The position numbers and the translations under genes are program-made. DNA of 63,420 nucleotides, the filler included, from Rhabdomonas costata (Eukaryota): NCBI GenBank assembly GCA_019059605.1. It is 52 parts of 52 records of this genome, joined end to end, with 100 filler letters (N's around TTAATTAATTAA, not from the genome) between each part and the next. Parts side by side here need not be neighbours in the genome. Positions count along the whole stretch, not along the records: positions 1 to 1,122 come from JAHMHO010027486.1; positions 1,223 to 2,344 come from JAHMHO010027487.1; positions 2,445 to 3,566 come from JAHMHO010027488.1; positions 3,667 to 4,788 come from JAHMHO010027489.1; positions 4,889 to 6,009 come from JAHMHO010027490.1; positions 6,110 to 7,231 come from JAHMHO010027491.1; positions 7,332 to 8,453 come from JAHMHO010027492.1; positions 8,554 to 9,675 come from JAHMHO010027493.1; 44 more parts are not named here. The stretch is one strand, 5' to 3'. Shown piece after piece: positions 1 through 12,758 of this stretch. The notes beneath the pieces are model-generated. The model made no database searches, was not told the origin of the DNA, and saw only the letters and a program-made list of their open reading frames with translations. Numbering within the stretch: the first letter of the stretch is position 1; each line of letters starts with the position of its first letter.

Positions 1-104
1 GGGTTTTGGGTGATGTCCGCGGTCAACCCAACGATTGGCACGGTCACCCCCAATGCCCGGATCCTCCGCGTGGCCTCAATGCCATTCATCACAGGCATTG
101 ACAC
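1..104 (-). CDS. Exon of a response-regulator receiver (REC) domain, probably from a hybrid histidine kinase
   Basis: After a CAG acceptor (105-107) it reads VSMPVMNGIEATRRIRALGVTVPIVGLTADITQN, with the REC motifs MPxMxGxEA and PIxxLTA. Not in the ORF track. Confidence 0.9.
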   Translation of the reverse strand, partial: MSMPVMNGIEATRRIRALGVTVPIVGLTADITQN

Positions 105-1122
105 CTGTGAACGAAAGAAGAACTCTTGGTCTTCCGTCCGAACTGTGTTGTCATCTGCATCTGGGCATCCTCCCTTCCAATAAATAGCCCTGCCTGACCA
201 CGCGCGACTCACGCCTGTTCTGTATTGTTCGTGCTGGCACTGTACGAGGGTGTGGTGTCAAGCCCCAACCGAGTACTTTTAATTTCTATTCCGGAGGAAC
301 GCGCCAAGCATGCATGCACGTAATCGGTGCGCATCCTTTTGGTGGAAATTCTTTCTCAAGCGACTTAGTGCGGTCACCCATCAATTCCACACAAGTGTGG
401 TTGCGAAAGCATTAAGATATTGAGACCATTGGAGAAAAGAACACGGTGCCTGCGTTTTTTTTGCACATGCCCATGCCTACCCAAACCGTAGAGCAGCGCT
501 GAATCAGTGGCCTGGATATCCCATGAGTTTTGTGCGTGGGGATGAGGTTGGGGGCAATTTCAAAGACACTCTGGGAGCAATTAATGTCCTGGAAGATGAG
601 TCATGAGGTCAAATGAGGACAAGGTTGACTCCCAGGAAAACGGCTTGCGCACCCGCCTCTGATGTGGGAAGGTGCACCCTCGATGGCACCCTCGGTGGCG
701 CCGCAATGGTTTGAAGCAGGATTGGGTTTTTGGACAGTGTAATAATCATGCTGCACCCACGACAGTGCGACTCCAATTTGTTTCTCTTCATTCTTTTCCT
801 CCTTTTTGAGGGACGCTGCTAAGATACAGGGGTCGTGCTTCTTTAGCAATCAATTCAGACGAATAAATTCGCACTAACAACGCGCTGCGCGGCAAACCGC
901 TTCAGCGGTGGAGGAGGCTTGCGCCTTAACAATGTTGTTCCAATCAACCCAAAAAGTCCAAACGTTTAGCACAGTTTAACGCCCACCCCACTCCAACTAC
1001 GATTGTTCTGAAAGATTCACTGCCGTCTCGGACCATGCATACCGTGCCGTGATAATGCTGACTCCGCTGAACGGGACCATTGGGATGATACAAGTCGCTG
1101 GTCAACATCAGGACGACAAAAC

Positions 1123-1222
1123 NNNNNNNNNNNNNNNNNNNNNNNNNNNNNNNNNNNNNNNNNNNNTTAATTAATTAANNNNNNNNNNNNNNNNNNNNNN
1201 NNNNNNNNNNNNNNNNNNNNNN
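1123..1222. other. Artificial contig spacer (first of 51): 44 N + TTAATTAATTAA + 44 N
   Basis: The same 100-nt block recurs about every 1222 nt. TTAATTAATTAA gives stops in all six frames, which explains the '...XXXLIN' ORF ends. Confidence 0.99.
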
Positions 1223-1501
1223 TTTGCGGTTACGCGCTTCCTACGTCAATTACAATATTTACACTTTTTTACTGTCCGAAGTGGTCGGTTTTCCTAAATT
1301 CGAAGTCAACCCTTAAGTACCAAAATTCCGACCATAAAAACATAAATTTTGTCTGGCATGTGGTTCTGGGACATTAAACTGAAAGGTGTCACCACTCCCA
1401 ACACAGGCGTAACGGCCCCCGTCCGATGAGTGCAGGCAACACCACAGGGTAAGGGTAAGGGAGGAGTTGAGAGGAGAGGAGCCAGGTAGAGGGGACTGGC
1501 C

Positions 1502-1660
1502 TCCTGTGGACGTCTGCACCGAGGTTCAGCAGCAGCTCCACCACAGGGAGCGCGCCATGAACCACAGCGAGCATGAGCGCGGTGACCCCGCCCTTGTTCG
1601 CGTAGTTCAGGTCCAGCGCCGGCGCTCGCACCGTCCCGGTGACAGCACCCCCACACTCCG
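1502..1660 (-). CDS. Ankyrin-repeat exon (boundaries approximate)
   Basis: DLNYANKGGVTALMLAVVHGALPVVELLLNLGADVH fits the ankyrin consensus (TALxxA..G...VVELLL..GADV). Confidence 0.85.
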
Positions 1661-2482
1661 CTAATGCGTCACCCCACTCACCTCCCGACCCTTCAGAGAC
1701 CGGAATTGCAGGAGTGGTGGTTCTGTGTGTTGCAGAAGGGGAGAAGAGAGTGATCCCCCTTCGAAGTGACCCGGAGAATTCGGTAAACGGGAAGGTGGAG
1801 AAACTTGGCTCCCCCCCTCCTGCTCCATAGTTCTAGCTACGATCGGGCTCCTCTACGCAAATACAACAAGGAAACAAGGTAGGTTTTTGGGTGAAAGGCC
1901 GGCTACTTACGCTATACAGCATAAATCAGCATAAATCACGACCCTGTTGGAGCAGGGGCAAATCCATTTAATGGGGACGGGAGCATTAAAACCTTGGCAG
2001 TGCGGAACGTTTGGCGGTTGGCGGTTGAATTTTCAGAGCATTCTTTTCGATTAAACGGTTACCCTATTTTGCTAAAATAAATGCAGCAGTCGCAGTCCAC
2101 CTAACCCTACTACCCAAAAATAACGCCGCAAAAAAATTGGTCTGATCATTTAGCACAGCTTAACCATTACACGTGCGAAACGAAGCATTGCCCAATTCAT
2201 GGAACGTCCATTCGGGCCGCACTGCAGGCTGGTCTGCGGTCCGCTGCTGCACCCGGAAACAAGATTCTAATTATACAACCAAAAAGCGCTTGGCGCCCCG
2301 CCCCCACCCCAACACAATTGTTTCCCGGGGGAAGTATCACCCCANNNNNNNNNNNNNNNNNNNNNNNNNNNNNNNNNNNNNNNNNNNNTTAATTAATTAA
2401 NNNNNNNNNNNNNNNNNNNNNNNNNNNNNNNNNNNNNNNNNNNNGGGGGTTTTGGAACAGAATGGTAAAGGGCGGTGGGCAC

Positions 2483-2698
2483 CTGGAAATTGGGGTTTGC
2501 GCCCACGGATAGGAGCATCTCCAGAGTCTCTCCGGTAGCCATGGCGACGGCCAGGTGGGCCCACGTCGAGCCCGCCTGCGCGTCCACCACGGCGCTGGGC
2601 CACACCACTCCAGTGGCCAGGCTGCGCACCAGCAGAATCACCGCGACCTTGTCGTTGCCCTGCCGCAAGGCCACCGCGAAGGGCAGCCGGTCCAAGTC
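2483..2698 (-). CDS. Ankyrin-repeat exon, splices in frame to the MIB/HERC2 exon
   Basis: 216 nt between AG and GT, reading DLDRLPFAVALRQGNDKVAVILL...GSTWAHLAVAMATGETLEMLLSVGANPNFQ. Intron 2699-3351. Confidence 0.8.
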
Positions 2699-3351
2699 CT
2701 GGGGTGATGGGGCGTGCAAGGCAAAGGCTAAGTCGAATGATGTGCACGGCGATGTGAAGCTTCTTCCAAAAAAGAGCCAACGGAGAAGCAAGCAACCCCT
2801 ACGCAACAAAATGCACCGGTCTTCCACTAGAAACTCACGTAAAGGAGAGATCGACGCTCGGCAACCACTTCAGGGGTACACAGATGGTGCAGCGAGGGTA
2901 CAGTGGTTGCGTGGATCGATCTTAACGTGCGTGTACCGAAAATTGTGCAAAGCGAGCACAACTGCAGTAACATAAAGGTTTTGCTGGCTCTCATAACTCT
3001 GAACGGTCGAGCACCTGGACCAAATCCTCTTACAGAACTTAAAAGACCTTTCTCTACCACTGTTCAGGTAACACGGGAATCTACGGAGCAGTGTGCAAAA
3101 CGTGCAGCGCAACGCATACTGAAATATATTCTTTGCATTATCCGTAGAATCCGCCCACAGGGCTTCCGGACTCTTCATCGCCTAAGATCTTGGAAGCCCC
3201 TCCCGCCTCTCAAACTCGCAAGCACGTATAGCTAAAGGCCTGACCCAACAGAGACGATGACAGAGTTTACTTTATACCGTGGTTGTTGAAGAAACTACGG
3301 TTGTTGAGATTAATTTGGTGGATAATGACATCAGCAAAAAACTGCAACCAC

Positions 3352-3566
3352 CTGGGCGGCGTCCACCACGAGAAGGTCGACACACGACTCGCCGTCCGGA
3401 GCACAGTGGCAGCGATAGCCCCACTCCTCACCAGCTTCCCACTTAACCACGTGAGCCCAACGGTTATCATCAGTTATCTTGGAAACCCGACCTCGCCGGC
3501 CCGCACCCCCGTCCTGGTTCCCAAAATTCCAGTCAGGCCCACGGGTCACCCCATCGCCAACCCACA
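3352..3566 (-). CDS. MIB/HERC2-domain exon
   Basis: GDGVTRGPDWNFGNQDGGAGRRGRV matches the MIB/HERC2 signature RGPDWxWGxQDGG. It ends at a CAG|GT donor in phase 0. Confidence 0.85.
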
Positions 3567-3666
3567 NNNNNNNNNNNNNNNNNNNNNNNNNNNNNNNNNN
3601 NNNNNNNNNNTTAATTAATTAANNNNNNNNNNNNNNNNNNNNNNNNNNNNNNNNNNNNNNNNNNNN

Positions 3667-3725
3667 GTTTGTGGTGCATGTCGACGAGGAACTCGGTGTG
3701 GGGGTCGGGCTGGAGGTGGAGGTAC
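3667..3725 (-). CDS. Ser/Thr/Pro-rich linker exon following the PSI exon
   Basis: A phase-1 splice from 4246 gives CAGTSTSSPTPTPSSSSTCTT. Runs off the contig. Confidence 0.6.
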
Positions 3726-4245
3726 CTGTTGGACATTGACATAAGAAAAAGAGAATCGGAGCATGAAGATGCACGCCAACACACCTTCACTGATCTACAT
3801 ACTTGAGAAACCAAAAGATGCCCAAGCAGGGAAATGTTTGCACGTGTTGGCTGCGGTCAGGCGATGTGCGGCTCTTTGCAGAGAAAAGCACATAGCCACA
3901 GATGCGGAGACACGCAGTGTCAAAACGGAAAAACAAATAACCTGTAGCAGTGGCGGTACTTGTCGGCGTGGAGGTGGACCCTCCCCCTAGAAAAGGAAGC
4001 GAAGCAGATGTTTTCCCTTCAACTCCACTCTGTGGGACAACCCTCTGCGCACTGCCTCATTTCAAAAGGCAAAGGAAACACAATTTCCGAACCCCGTCTT
4101 AAACCGCAGATGTGTCACTCAAGAACAAGTGCTTCCGAGTATATGGATAAGCTGAGAAGTCACCACTACAGTCGCGGAAACAAAGACCCACCTCAGCCGC
4201 AAGAGCAGACCGCAACGGCTCTCAGACACAGCAGCGAGGACGCAC

Positions 4246-4389
4246 CAGCGCAAGTCGACGACGCCGTGCATGATATCGTGTAGACACCGGTAATGCGTTG
4301 CCCATAAATGCAGCTCGAGCAGCTTTCGCACCACTTGCACGAGGAGTGGGCCACACAGGTGCCGCAAGTGGTGTAGCTGGAGCAGGACG
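4246..4389 (-). CDS. PSI-like (plexin-semaphorin-integrin) cysteine-rich domain exon
   Basis: SCSSYTTCGTCVAHSSCKWCESCSSCI has PSI cysteine spacing with WC. 144 nt, phase 1-1, CAG acceptor and G|GTGCGT donor. Confidence 0.75.
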
Positions 4390-6434
4390 CTGAGTATCGA
4401 AAAACCCGAACGAATATTAATAACACGGGGCACTGGCTTTCAGGGGTCGTGCCGTCAGCGAAAAAAACAATGGACAAAAGAGAGTGAAAGGACCCCCTAG
4501 AAAACAAAGCAAAACGTTCGGTTTTTCGGGAAATAAATGCTCACTGCCATGCCACGAACAATCTCAGGCGCCGAGTCAGCAAGGGTTCCTGCCCCCGCTG
4601 GCACCGGGACGCCTGTGTTTGCCAATTTTCGTGCAATTAAGCCGACAAAGCTAGATTCGAAAAAGCCCTGCCACACAGAAAAAATGGCTACTAATTCCTG
4701 CTCCTGCGACGCCAAGTCTCCCACTGCCAACGCTCATACGAGTTTTACCCCTAAGTAAAATTTTCCTACCATCCCCACCCCACTCACGNNNNNNNNNNNN
4801 NNNNNNNNNNNNNNNNNNNNNNNNNNNNNNNNTTAATTAATTAANNNNNNNNNNNNNNNNNNNNNNNNNNNNNNNNNNNNNNNNNNNNGTGTCCAAAGCC
4901 AAGACTACCACCATGCCGACACGCAAAGAGCCTGTTTTCCAATGCCGAATCCGAAAGTGTACAGACGAACCCCACATCCCGAATTCAGAGCCCATGATAC
5001 CCACCACTACCCACACCCCGCAATTCAGCCTCCAACCCGAACCAGAGACGCGAAACGGAGGCCTCCGAGGCCGACACTCACACCAACCACCACTATGCAC
5101 ACCTCCCTACGCACCACCACCACTCCTGACTCCCACCATCATGCACACACCAACCCCCCGATGCCCACCATCCCGCGCAGCCTAACACACCCAGACACCC
5201 CACTATACGCGCATCCTACCACCACTGCATGACCTCGAACCATCCGCCAAAAGACCCACCCCGAAATGCACCTGGGGGAACCCAAGATGGGTGCAGGTAC
5301 CCTCAGGATGATGCCGATCACACTCCCCATTGCTACCAGAGGACTTCCGGTGTGGTGGTCTCTGCTAACGCGGGTGCCCTCTGACTCCAATATGTAAGGG
5401 CCTGAAGTGGAAGCCTACGAAGCCGACATTCTCCATACCACCCCTACCCCGCATTCCGGAGTGAGAAGAGAGAAATGCGGCCGATGGATGAATCTACAGC
5501 AGGTGCAGCTCCTACTCTTGGCATGCATTGTAACATCGACAAGCCATCGTGGGAATCCAGAGATGCAGGAAGATGGAATGACAATGGACCAAATGCCCAG
5601 ATACCCCACTCCCGCTGGTAGTGGCTCAAGATGCCTAGTCGCATGACTCGCTAAGCTCGACATGCACCCTAAATGTACCACCTATCCTCTACTACGTGGT
5701 GATTTTGCTATGCTCGGCCACCACTAAGCACCACGGTGTGAGGGGGTGTCCACATACGTAGGATTATGACCGTTGTGAATTTTGGCCCGGATGTCACTGT
5801 TCCACAATTCAATTACCACACCTCTGGCGCAAGTACCGTTTTTTTGCCCCCACTCTCGTAAAATAGTTGCCCATTTGGTCATCGTCCGTTCACAGCCACC
5901 ACCACCACCCCCGGGTAAATTCCTGCTGGGGCTGAACCACAGAGGCGGGACACGAAGCAGACCAAGACCAGCCATCCACCCCACACCGGCGCACCACCTT
6001 AAAGCGGCCNNNNNNNNNNNNNNNNNNNNNNNNNNNNNNNNNNNNNNNNNNNNTTAATTAATTAANNNNNNNNNNNNNNNNNNNNNNNNNNNNNNNNNNN
6101 NNNNNNNNNGGGAAAACCAGGTTCACAGTGGAGAAATCAAAGCAGAAGCACAACAGCTGACCTTCCTGCTTGCCTCAAAAAAAAAGTAATCAGTCTGCAC
6201 TCACGCAGCGGAACTGTGCAAACACGGGTTTGTTCTATCCGTTACATCTAGCGAACGCCATGGTGCTGGCAGATCTCGAGCTCCATCTGTAAATGCTCCT
6301 CCTGCTGCTGAATCGGCAAATTGTGCTTGTCGTTGCCCAGACGGGTGGGTTGGAATCCATATGATGGAAGTCTTGGAATGTTAGTAATTTTGCCCGGGCA
6401 CTACAAAAAAAAGCATACGCAGGCTGGGATTTGC

Positions 6435-6647
6435 CCTTCGTCGTTTTCGGGGACAAATCACTGCTCCTGCTGTTCGGAGTGGCGCTTCGGCTGCGGCTGT
6501 TGGACTTTCTGCTTCCACTCCGGCTGCGACTTCGACTGCGGCTTCGGCTTCCACTACCGCTCCGGCTGGAAGGTGGGCTGCGAGCCTCCTTCCCGCCCTC
6601 CTTCATTGATGCTTCTGGCTCATAGTCTTCCGCATAGTCATCATCAT
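6435..6647 (-). CDS. Acidic and RS-rich low-complexity exon
   Basis: CAG acceptor, then DDDYAEDYEPE...SRSRSRSRSRSGSRKS. The 3' boundary is uncertain. Confidence 0.55.
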
Positions 6648-7331
6648 CTGTGAGTAGAGACAACTTCAAGGAGAAGAAAAAAATGCTTCAACCTCCCCCA
6701 CGAACCTACAAACAAAGGCACACCGCCGGAATGGGACGAACGCGAGCTGCTCATTTTGGCACGACAAAAGAAAAGTCTCACACAACAGACAAACAAGAAA
6801 AAAAGGCAGTTTGTTTTGCTGAAACAGCAAACCGAGAATGGAAACAGTTTAGGACCAGCACAAAGGGGAATACAACATCTCTCTGTCCCAAGTCAAAAAC
6901 AAGAGAAGGATTTTCATTGCCAACTCTCGGCTGATTGTTTTGCGAGTTTTTTTTTTTTTTACGTTTCTTTCACAGCACAAGACACCACGTTTCAGCGAAA
7001 GGTTCACGTGCAAACAGCAATCCGAAAACAGCATGCACGGAACGCGGAATTCTGTGCTGTGAATTTCAACTTAAACCACAAGACCTGGGCAGTGCTGTCC
7101 TTTCGGCCATGGTCTGCCCCCCCCCCCCCCCCCACACCATGGAGATAGCGAGGTCAAAAGATAATGGTTACTTCGCCCTTTAAAAGCCATGGTATTTATA
7201 GTCACGTTTTCATTTTTATGTCGCCCCGTCGNNNNNNNNNNNNNNNNNNNNNNNNNNNNNNNNNNNNNNNNNNNNTTAATTAATTAANNNNNNNNNNNNN
7301 NNNNNNNNNNNNNNNNNNNNNNNNNNNNNNN

Positions 7332-7710
7332 GTTTTGTGGTGGCAATCCACGTGACGAAACGGAGCTCTGTGGCCGTACCGAAACGTTGATATTTGTATT
7401 TTCTGGAGACATCGTGGTGGCGGCGGAATCAAGCACGCCACCCGTGGCGCTCTCTGACTTCACGACCGAGGTATCCTGGTTGTAGCTGAACTCCTTGCAC
7501 GCACACAGGAGCCGGACAAGTTCTTCTCGTGGTGGAAGGGCCGCGTAGCTTGGACGAGTAATGTGCGACGGGAGGTATGGGTAGGTATTTATGAGCTCGT
7601 CAAGCTTCAGCTCCCGCTTCCCAGCGAACTCGAAGCACTCGCGGATGGCTTCCATGAGAATGCTGCGATTTTCAACGGGTTCAGCGAATGGGTGTTGTCG
7701 GATATGTTGT
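7332..7710 (-). CDS. Hypothetical protein exon
   Basis: Open frame ILMEAIRECFEFAGKRELKLDELINTYPYLP... to the contig end with protein-like composition. Acceptor not resolved. Confidence 0.5.
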
Positions 7711-9143
7711 GGGAATGGAAAGAAACAGGATATTCTGCAAACGAAATTTAAAAATATGCACACGAAAACAAGCAGACGAGAAGGGAACTGGCCTGCCACT
7801 GTTTCGTTGTTGCCACTTGCGTACCTTCAGTTTACTGTACCCATAGCATGCGTGTTGTCGTTCATCTCCTCCCATACGATCGTCCACTTCATCCAGAAGA
7901 ATTCCGCTGACACCTGCTCGTGCTGAGCGATACCTGCGATGGAGCCCATTGCCATCGTGCCATTCGATAATTTCGTTTGTCTCCCCGCCTTCTCGTTCTT
8001 TCCAGTGTACCTTTGTGCCGATACCTCCCCCTCTTTTCTCGATGTGTTTATCGTTCTCGGAGACTGAACATCTGACATTCCTGCTGTAGAACAAAATGTT
8101 TAACGTCGTGCCATTCCATAGTGGGTGTATCTGCCTTCAACCAATGTTGCTATCCCTGAAAATGGACGATATTATACAACCCTCACAAAAAGAAAGAAAA
8201 CCGAAATGTAGTATAGAGTTTGACAACCCCATAACTATGCAGGCCAGACCCTTCGCCGAGGACGCACCGCGCCCTGCATTGGCACACCGCGGACATTGTC
8301 CAAAGCTCGATAAGGAAGGGATGATCCCAGACGATGAACCTCATGACAGCCATTGCTGTTCGAGATTATAACATTGCGAACCGGAGTGCTTCTTAGATAC
8401 CGGATGAGACCGCCCTTTACGCAATTTCCTAAGCCCCGTGAAGAAAAAAACCCNNNNNNNNNNNNNNNNNNNNNNNNNNNNNNNNNNNNNNNNNNNNTTA
8501 ATTAATTAANNNNNNNNNNNNNNNNNNNNNNNNNNNNNNNNNNNNNNNNNNNNGTTTTTTTGTCTATTTTTTTTTTGGTATTTCATGTTCGTTTTAAGTT
8601 AGAACTTGACTCTTTTGGGGGTCTCCTGGAGACTTCACAAGCGAACAAGGTCATGTTGCAAGGCATTTCAGGAGGAGGGCTGTGGATCATAAAGAGCCCT
8701 CGGGCAAGGAGTGCCAGCATGTTTCGTATTTGTTATTTTTGGTATTTTGAAAAGAATTGATGTTTTGAGGCTCTGCAACCATAGGGACGTCATATACCTG
8801 AACTAAACGAGCAAAGGCTCTCGAGATCCCTGGACCACCGCCTACTTAGCCACTGCACTGGAGACTTCCACCAGTTCTTGGCAGACGTCTCCGCGCGAGG
8901 CTCACCTTTCTAGATGTGGTTTACGCAGACCTAAGTAAGCTCCCAGATGCAACAGATGAAATCAGATCGGATCGATGCCATACCGTCTTTCTTGCATTGT
9001 CAGCAGAATGTGAATTGCGGGTGCTTCGATGACGATCTTATGTGCGCTTCCACCGCTTCCCATGCGGACACTTCTTATTGCTTTTGTACGATTTCTGCGT
9101 GTTGTTCCTTTTTTTTGGTTCCTATTATTTGGTTTCGATTCAG

Positions 9144-9347
9144 GACGAGGGCACTTGTGTGTGCCTGTTCAGCGAGCAGGAGGTGGGGCTCCGGGACGGG
9201 TTCGCCATCTCGGGGTTCTACGTGGGCTCGACGTGCGACCAGTGCGACCTGCGGTATTGGGGCGACCACTGCCACCTGCCCTGCGGGTGCAATAACAACG
9301 GGAAGTGCTCGAAGGCCGATGGCTCGTGCGAGTGCTATGCCAACTCG
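9144..9347 (+). CDS. Laminin-type/EGF-like repeat exon 1
   Basis: GTCVC...GFYVGSTCDQCDLRYWGDHCHLPCGCNNNGKCSKADGSCEC, bounded by AG/GT, 204 nt. Confidence 0.85.
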
Positions 9348-9505
9348 GTGCTGTCCGGCTCCCTTCTTGCGCCCTCTCGTTTCTTGGCACCCTTCCTTTT
9401 TTCGGGTTTCTGTGTTGATCCCCTGACCTCTGAAGAAGCAGCCCAGCAAAAGGTTTCTCACGTTTCACCCACTTCCCCTCCCCTTTCTCGCTGAATCTGT
9501 TGCAG

Positions 9506-9625
9506 GTTAGCGGGTACTGGAGTGGCCTGAGCTGCGAGCGGTGCGCCACCGAGTACCTCGAGCCCCTGTGCCGCGAGAAGACCAGCTTAATCACCGTCAG
9601 CACCAACGGCTCGCTGTCCCGCGAG
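9506..9625 (+). CDS. Laminin-type/EGF-like repeat exon 2
   Basis: VSGYWSGLSCERCATEYLEPLC, in frame after the GT-AG intron 9348-9505. Confidence 0.8.
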
Positions 9626-10573
9626 GTACGACGGACTGCGTTCTCGCCTCCTCCCCCAGCACGCTTTTCCAAACANNNNNNNNNNNNNNNNNNNNNNNNN
9701 NNNNNNNNNNNNNNNNNNNTTAATTAATTAANNNNNNNNNNNNNNNNNNNNNNNNNNNNNNNNNNNNNNNNNNNNGCTCCGTGCTGGGCTTTGAGCGACC
9801 GCGGTTTCACCCTCTCCCCGGTGAGGTCAAGGTTCTGGAGCTCTTCGGGGCGCAGACCCAGGGTGCAGGGGGGCCCAACGGCAGCCTGATCATCACTAAC
9901 TTTCAGGTAGGGCACAGCTTTTGGAGGGATGTGGGGAAGTCGCCATGGACTGCGTGATCCGCGTCTGACCAGAAAAGACACGTACTCGCACACTAGCTGA
10001 ACAAAGGCATAGTTAAGGTGGAGGTCTTGCCTTCTTTCAGCAGGGGTTCCCACTTCTCTTCCGCTGCCTGGCTGGTTCTTGGAGTGCGGGCCCCAAATGA
10101 CACATTACAATTAAACCGCGGTTTCAGGAAGCAAATTTTCGGTTAAATTCTTCTCATGGCGGGCTTCAGATCGATTCTCCCACCTCCGCGGCCGCTGCTA
10201 CGGGCTACCACTCTTCTTCTTGTGGGCAGAGGTACTTAGGAAACATTACTGGTGCATAAGAAACGCGGTTTGATTGACTGCCAATCTTCTACGCCATGCA
10301 CTACGCGAACGAGGCAATGCCGTTGGGGAGGTCGTTCTGCCTCCAGCGGGTGGCCATGCATCTCCATGCCAAGATGAACTCTGACGACTGGTGCCCCTTC
10401 ACCTCAAAGTCCCAAAAGGTAAAAAGCTAAGCCACAAGGCGAAGCGTTCCGGCCAATTCCTGGGCCCTCACGAAGCAGTTCCGGAGGGGGGGGGGTTTCT
10501 TAGGTGTTATGCACGCCTAGGAGCGAAAGAAAACGCCAGAAGAATGGTTCGATGATACAGACCAGAGGCATAC

Positions 10574-10716
10574 CACCCACATCTTCTTATCCTCTTGGTT
10601 TTTTGCCCGGAGGATGTACTTCTGCTTTGGGCTGATCACCGCGAACTGCGTCGCGCTGTAGGGCAGGGAGTCCAAGGTAGCCGAGCCCTTGAAGTCCATC
10701 ACATCCCGAGGGTTCT
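10574..10716 (-). CDS. Pleckstrin-homology (PH) domain exon, C-terminal half
   Basis: FAVISPKQKYILRAKNQEDKKMWV fits the final PH strands and the terminal helix with its conserved Trp. AG/GT bounded. Confidence 0.75.
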
Positions 10717-12712
10717 CTGCAAACAGGGCAGAACGACAAAGGGCTCTTTTTCCTTCCGAATGGAATGCACGCAGGGACACTTCGTGCACAAGTAGGTAAG
10801 GTGACTGCAGCATTATTCGTTGCTCACCTCCGGTTCTACGATCGTGAGGAAGGTGGGAGGATGTCTGGTTTCACTTCTGGAACACTAAGTGGTNNNNNNN
10901 NNNNNNNNNNNNNNNNNNNNNNNNNNNNNNNNNNNNNTTAATTAATTAANNNNNNNNNNNNNNNNNNNNNNNNNNNNNNNNNNNNNNNNNNNNTGTGTTG
11001 GGGGAGTTTGGGGTGGTGGGGACATTGCTGGGTTCTGTGGCCTGATTCGGCGAAACCGTGCTAATGGATGCTCAGCAGCCTCTTCAGCTCTGTTCCCACC
11101 TCCCATCGTCATGTGGCCCCCACTCGCGCTCTTTCTCTCCCCTTGTTTTGAACAATCCACCAATGCCATTTTGTCACCCTCACATCCCTCTCCTGTTTCA
11201 GTCCTTGTATTTCCAAGTATTTTGTGTTTTATAGTCTTTGTTTCTTTTTGTGTTTAGTTTCCCCTGCAGATATCTCTCGCGTTCCTTCTTGTAAATTGTT
11301 TGTTTGTGTTGCACCCGGACTCTTCCCGAATTCCTGTGCCTGTGCAGGGCATGCTCCGTGATTTTGTATCTTGTATCTTATATCTTATTTTCTTAACTGT
11401 GTGTATCTTTCAGCCTATAATTATCTTATCTGATCTTATATTAATTGCTGTAATAGGTCCTCTCCCGGACGGTAGTTTTTGATTGATGTGCACCTCTCGG
11501 AGTTCTGCGACTCCGCTCCCCGGATTGTCGACGTGTCTGTGGTACATCCCCTGAATCGCAGCCCTTTTGTTTGAGGTTTGTGGTTGCCGTTTGTTCTGCG
11601 TTCTCCGTTTGGCTTTGCCGCCCACGTCTTTTGTCCTGATTATTGCGTACAGCTTAAGAGACCGTTCTGCGCCGCGCGAGTTCTCTGCCCTTCACCACAT
11701 GGTTATTTGGCGTTTCCTGTTTAGACAAACTAGACACAATCGTAAATATTTTTTCGTGAGGATTGCGGGGTGCGCCAACCCGGCCGCGCTCTTGGCATGC
11801 CCTGTGCAAAGTTCTGTGAGTTGTTTCTAGTTACAAAGAGAGGTTGTAATATAAATTAAATTGGGCCAGACAAGAATCGCGTAAAGAGCAAAGTACCGGG
11901 CAAGTGCGACACCAATCACCACGTAACCCAGGGGGCAAGACAGTTTGGATTGCGTCAAGGGGCACCCGACAGAAACGGCTCTGAGGCACACACACACACA
12001 CACACCATTCTGCAAGTCTTCGTGGAAAGGCAAAAGATGGAACCAAAATATTGACCCCCCCCAAAAAAAAAACGACGGCCCAGAACCCCGAGGCATGGGT
12101 TTACCACCCACCACNNNNNNNNNNNNNNNNNNNNNNNNNNNNNNNNNNNNNNNNNNNNTTAATTAATTAANNNNNNNNNNNNNNNNNNNNNNNNNNNNNN
12201 NNNNNNNNNNNNNNGTTGGGTTTTCACGTAATCCCGACATCCATGGCCCATTGCTCCGCCTTTTTGTTAAACTGTAAAAATAAACCATTAAAATACATAC
12301 ATTCCACGTTCGATTTTTTATTTCCACTGGCCATTGTTTGAAAACAAGAAGCTTGTGGGCCAGTTTCGGTCTTCGCTCACAGCCATTTCACGTTCTCGCT
12401 CTCTCTCTCTCTCTCGTGTGTGTGGCTGGCGGCGACACGCACACCCGAATTTAAAACTTCTATCAACCGGGAATGTTTGAGATAAGTTGAGGAGACCTGT
12501 GCCAACTGAGTCTCGCATGCTTTGCTGTCGTTCTACGTGTGTACTCCTTCGGCTGACCTCCGTGGTTCTCGTTGTTTGTTTTTGCGCAGAGAAGTGCAGA
12601 TGTTTAAGAATGACCAGCAGAAGCTCTACCGCTCTGTTGCAGGGTTGATGGGCAAAGTATGCGGATGCTGCAATGCGGCTTCCTTTGCGCCTGGAAATCT
12701 CTGTACTGTCAC

Positions 12713-12714
12713 TA

Positions 12715-12757
<43 letters not shown>

Positions 12758-12758
12758 G
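12713..12758. repeat. (TATGTG)n microsatellite
   Basis: Read directly. The reverse-complement hexamer (CACATA)n occurs at about 40146-40193. Confidence 0.95.

Noticed and set aside
1480-1510. Possible non-canonical (euglenid-type) intron after the ankyrin exon
   Set aside because: A GC donor (AG|GCCAGT) or nearby GT sites explain it. Well-supported introns elsewhere are GT-AG, so transcripts would be needed to claim otherwise.
4193-4245. In-frame TGA after the PSI domain, suggesting stop readthrough or an alternative genetic code
   Set aside because: A canonical donor at 4245 removes it and restores the frame with the next exon.
8554-8600. TGTCTATTTTTTTTTTG|GTA resembling the 3' end of a euglenid spliced-leader exon plus donor
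   Set aside because: It is low-complexity and at a primer-affected contig end. The 5' half of the leader is missing and no complementary stem follows the donor.
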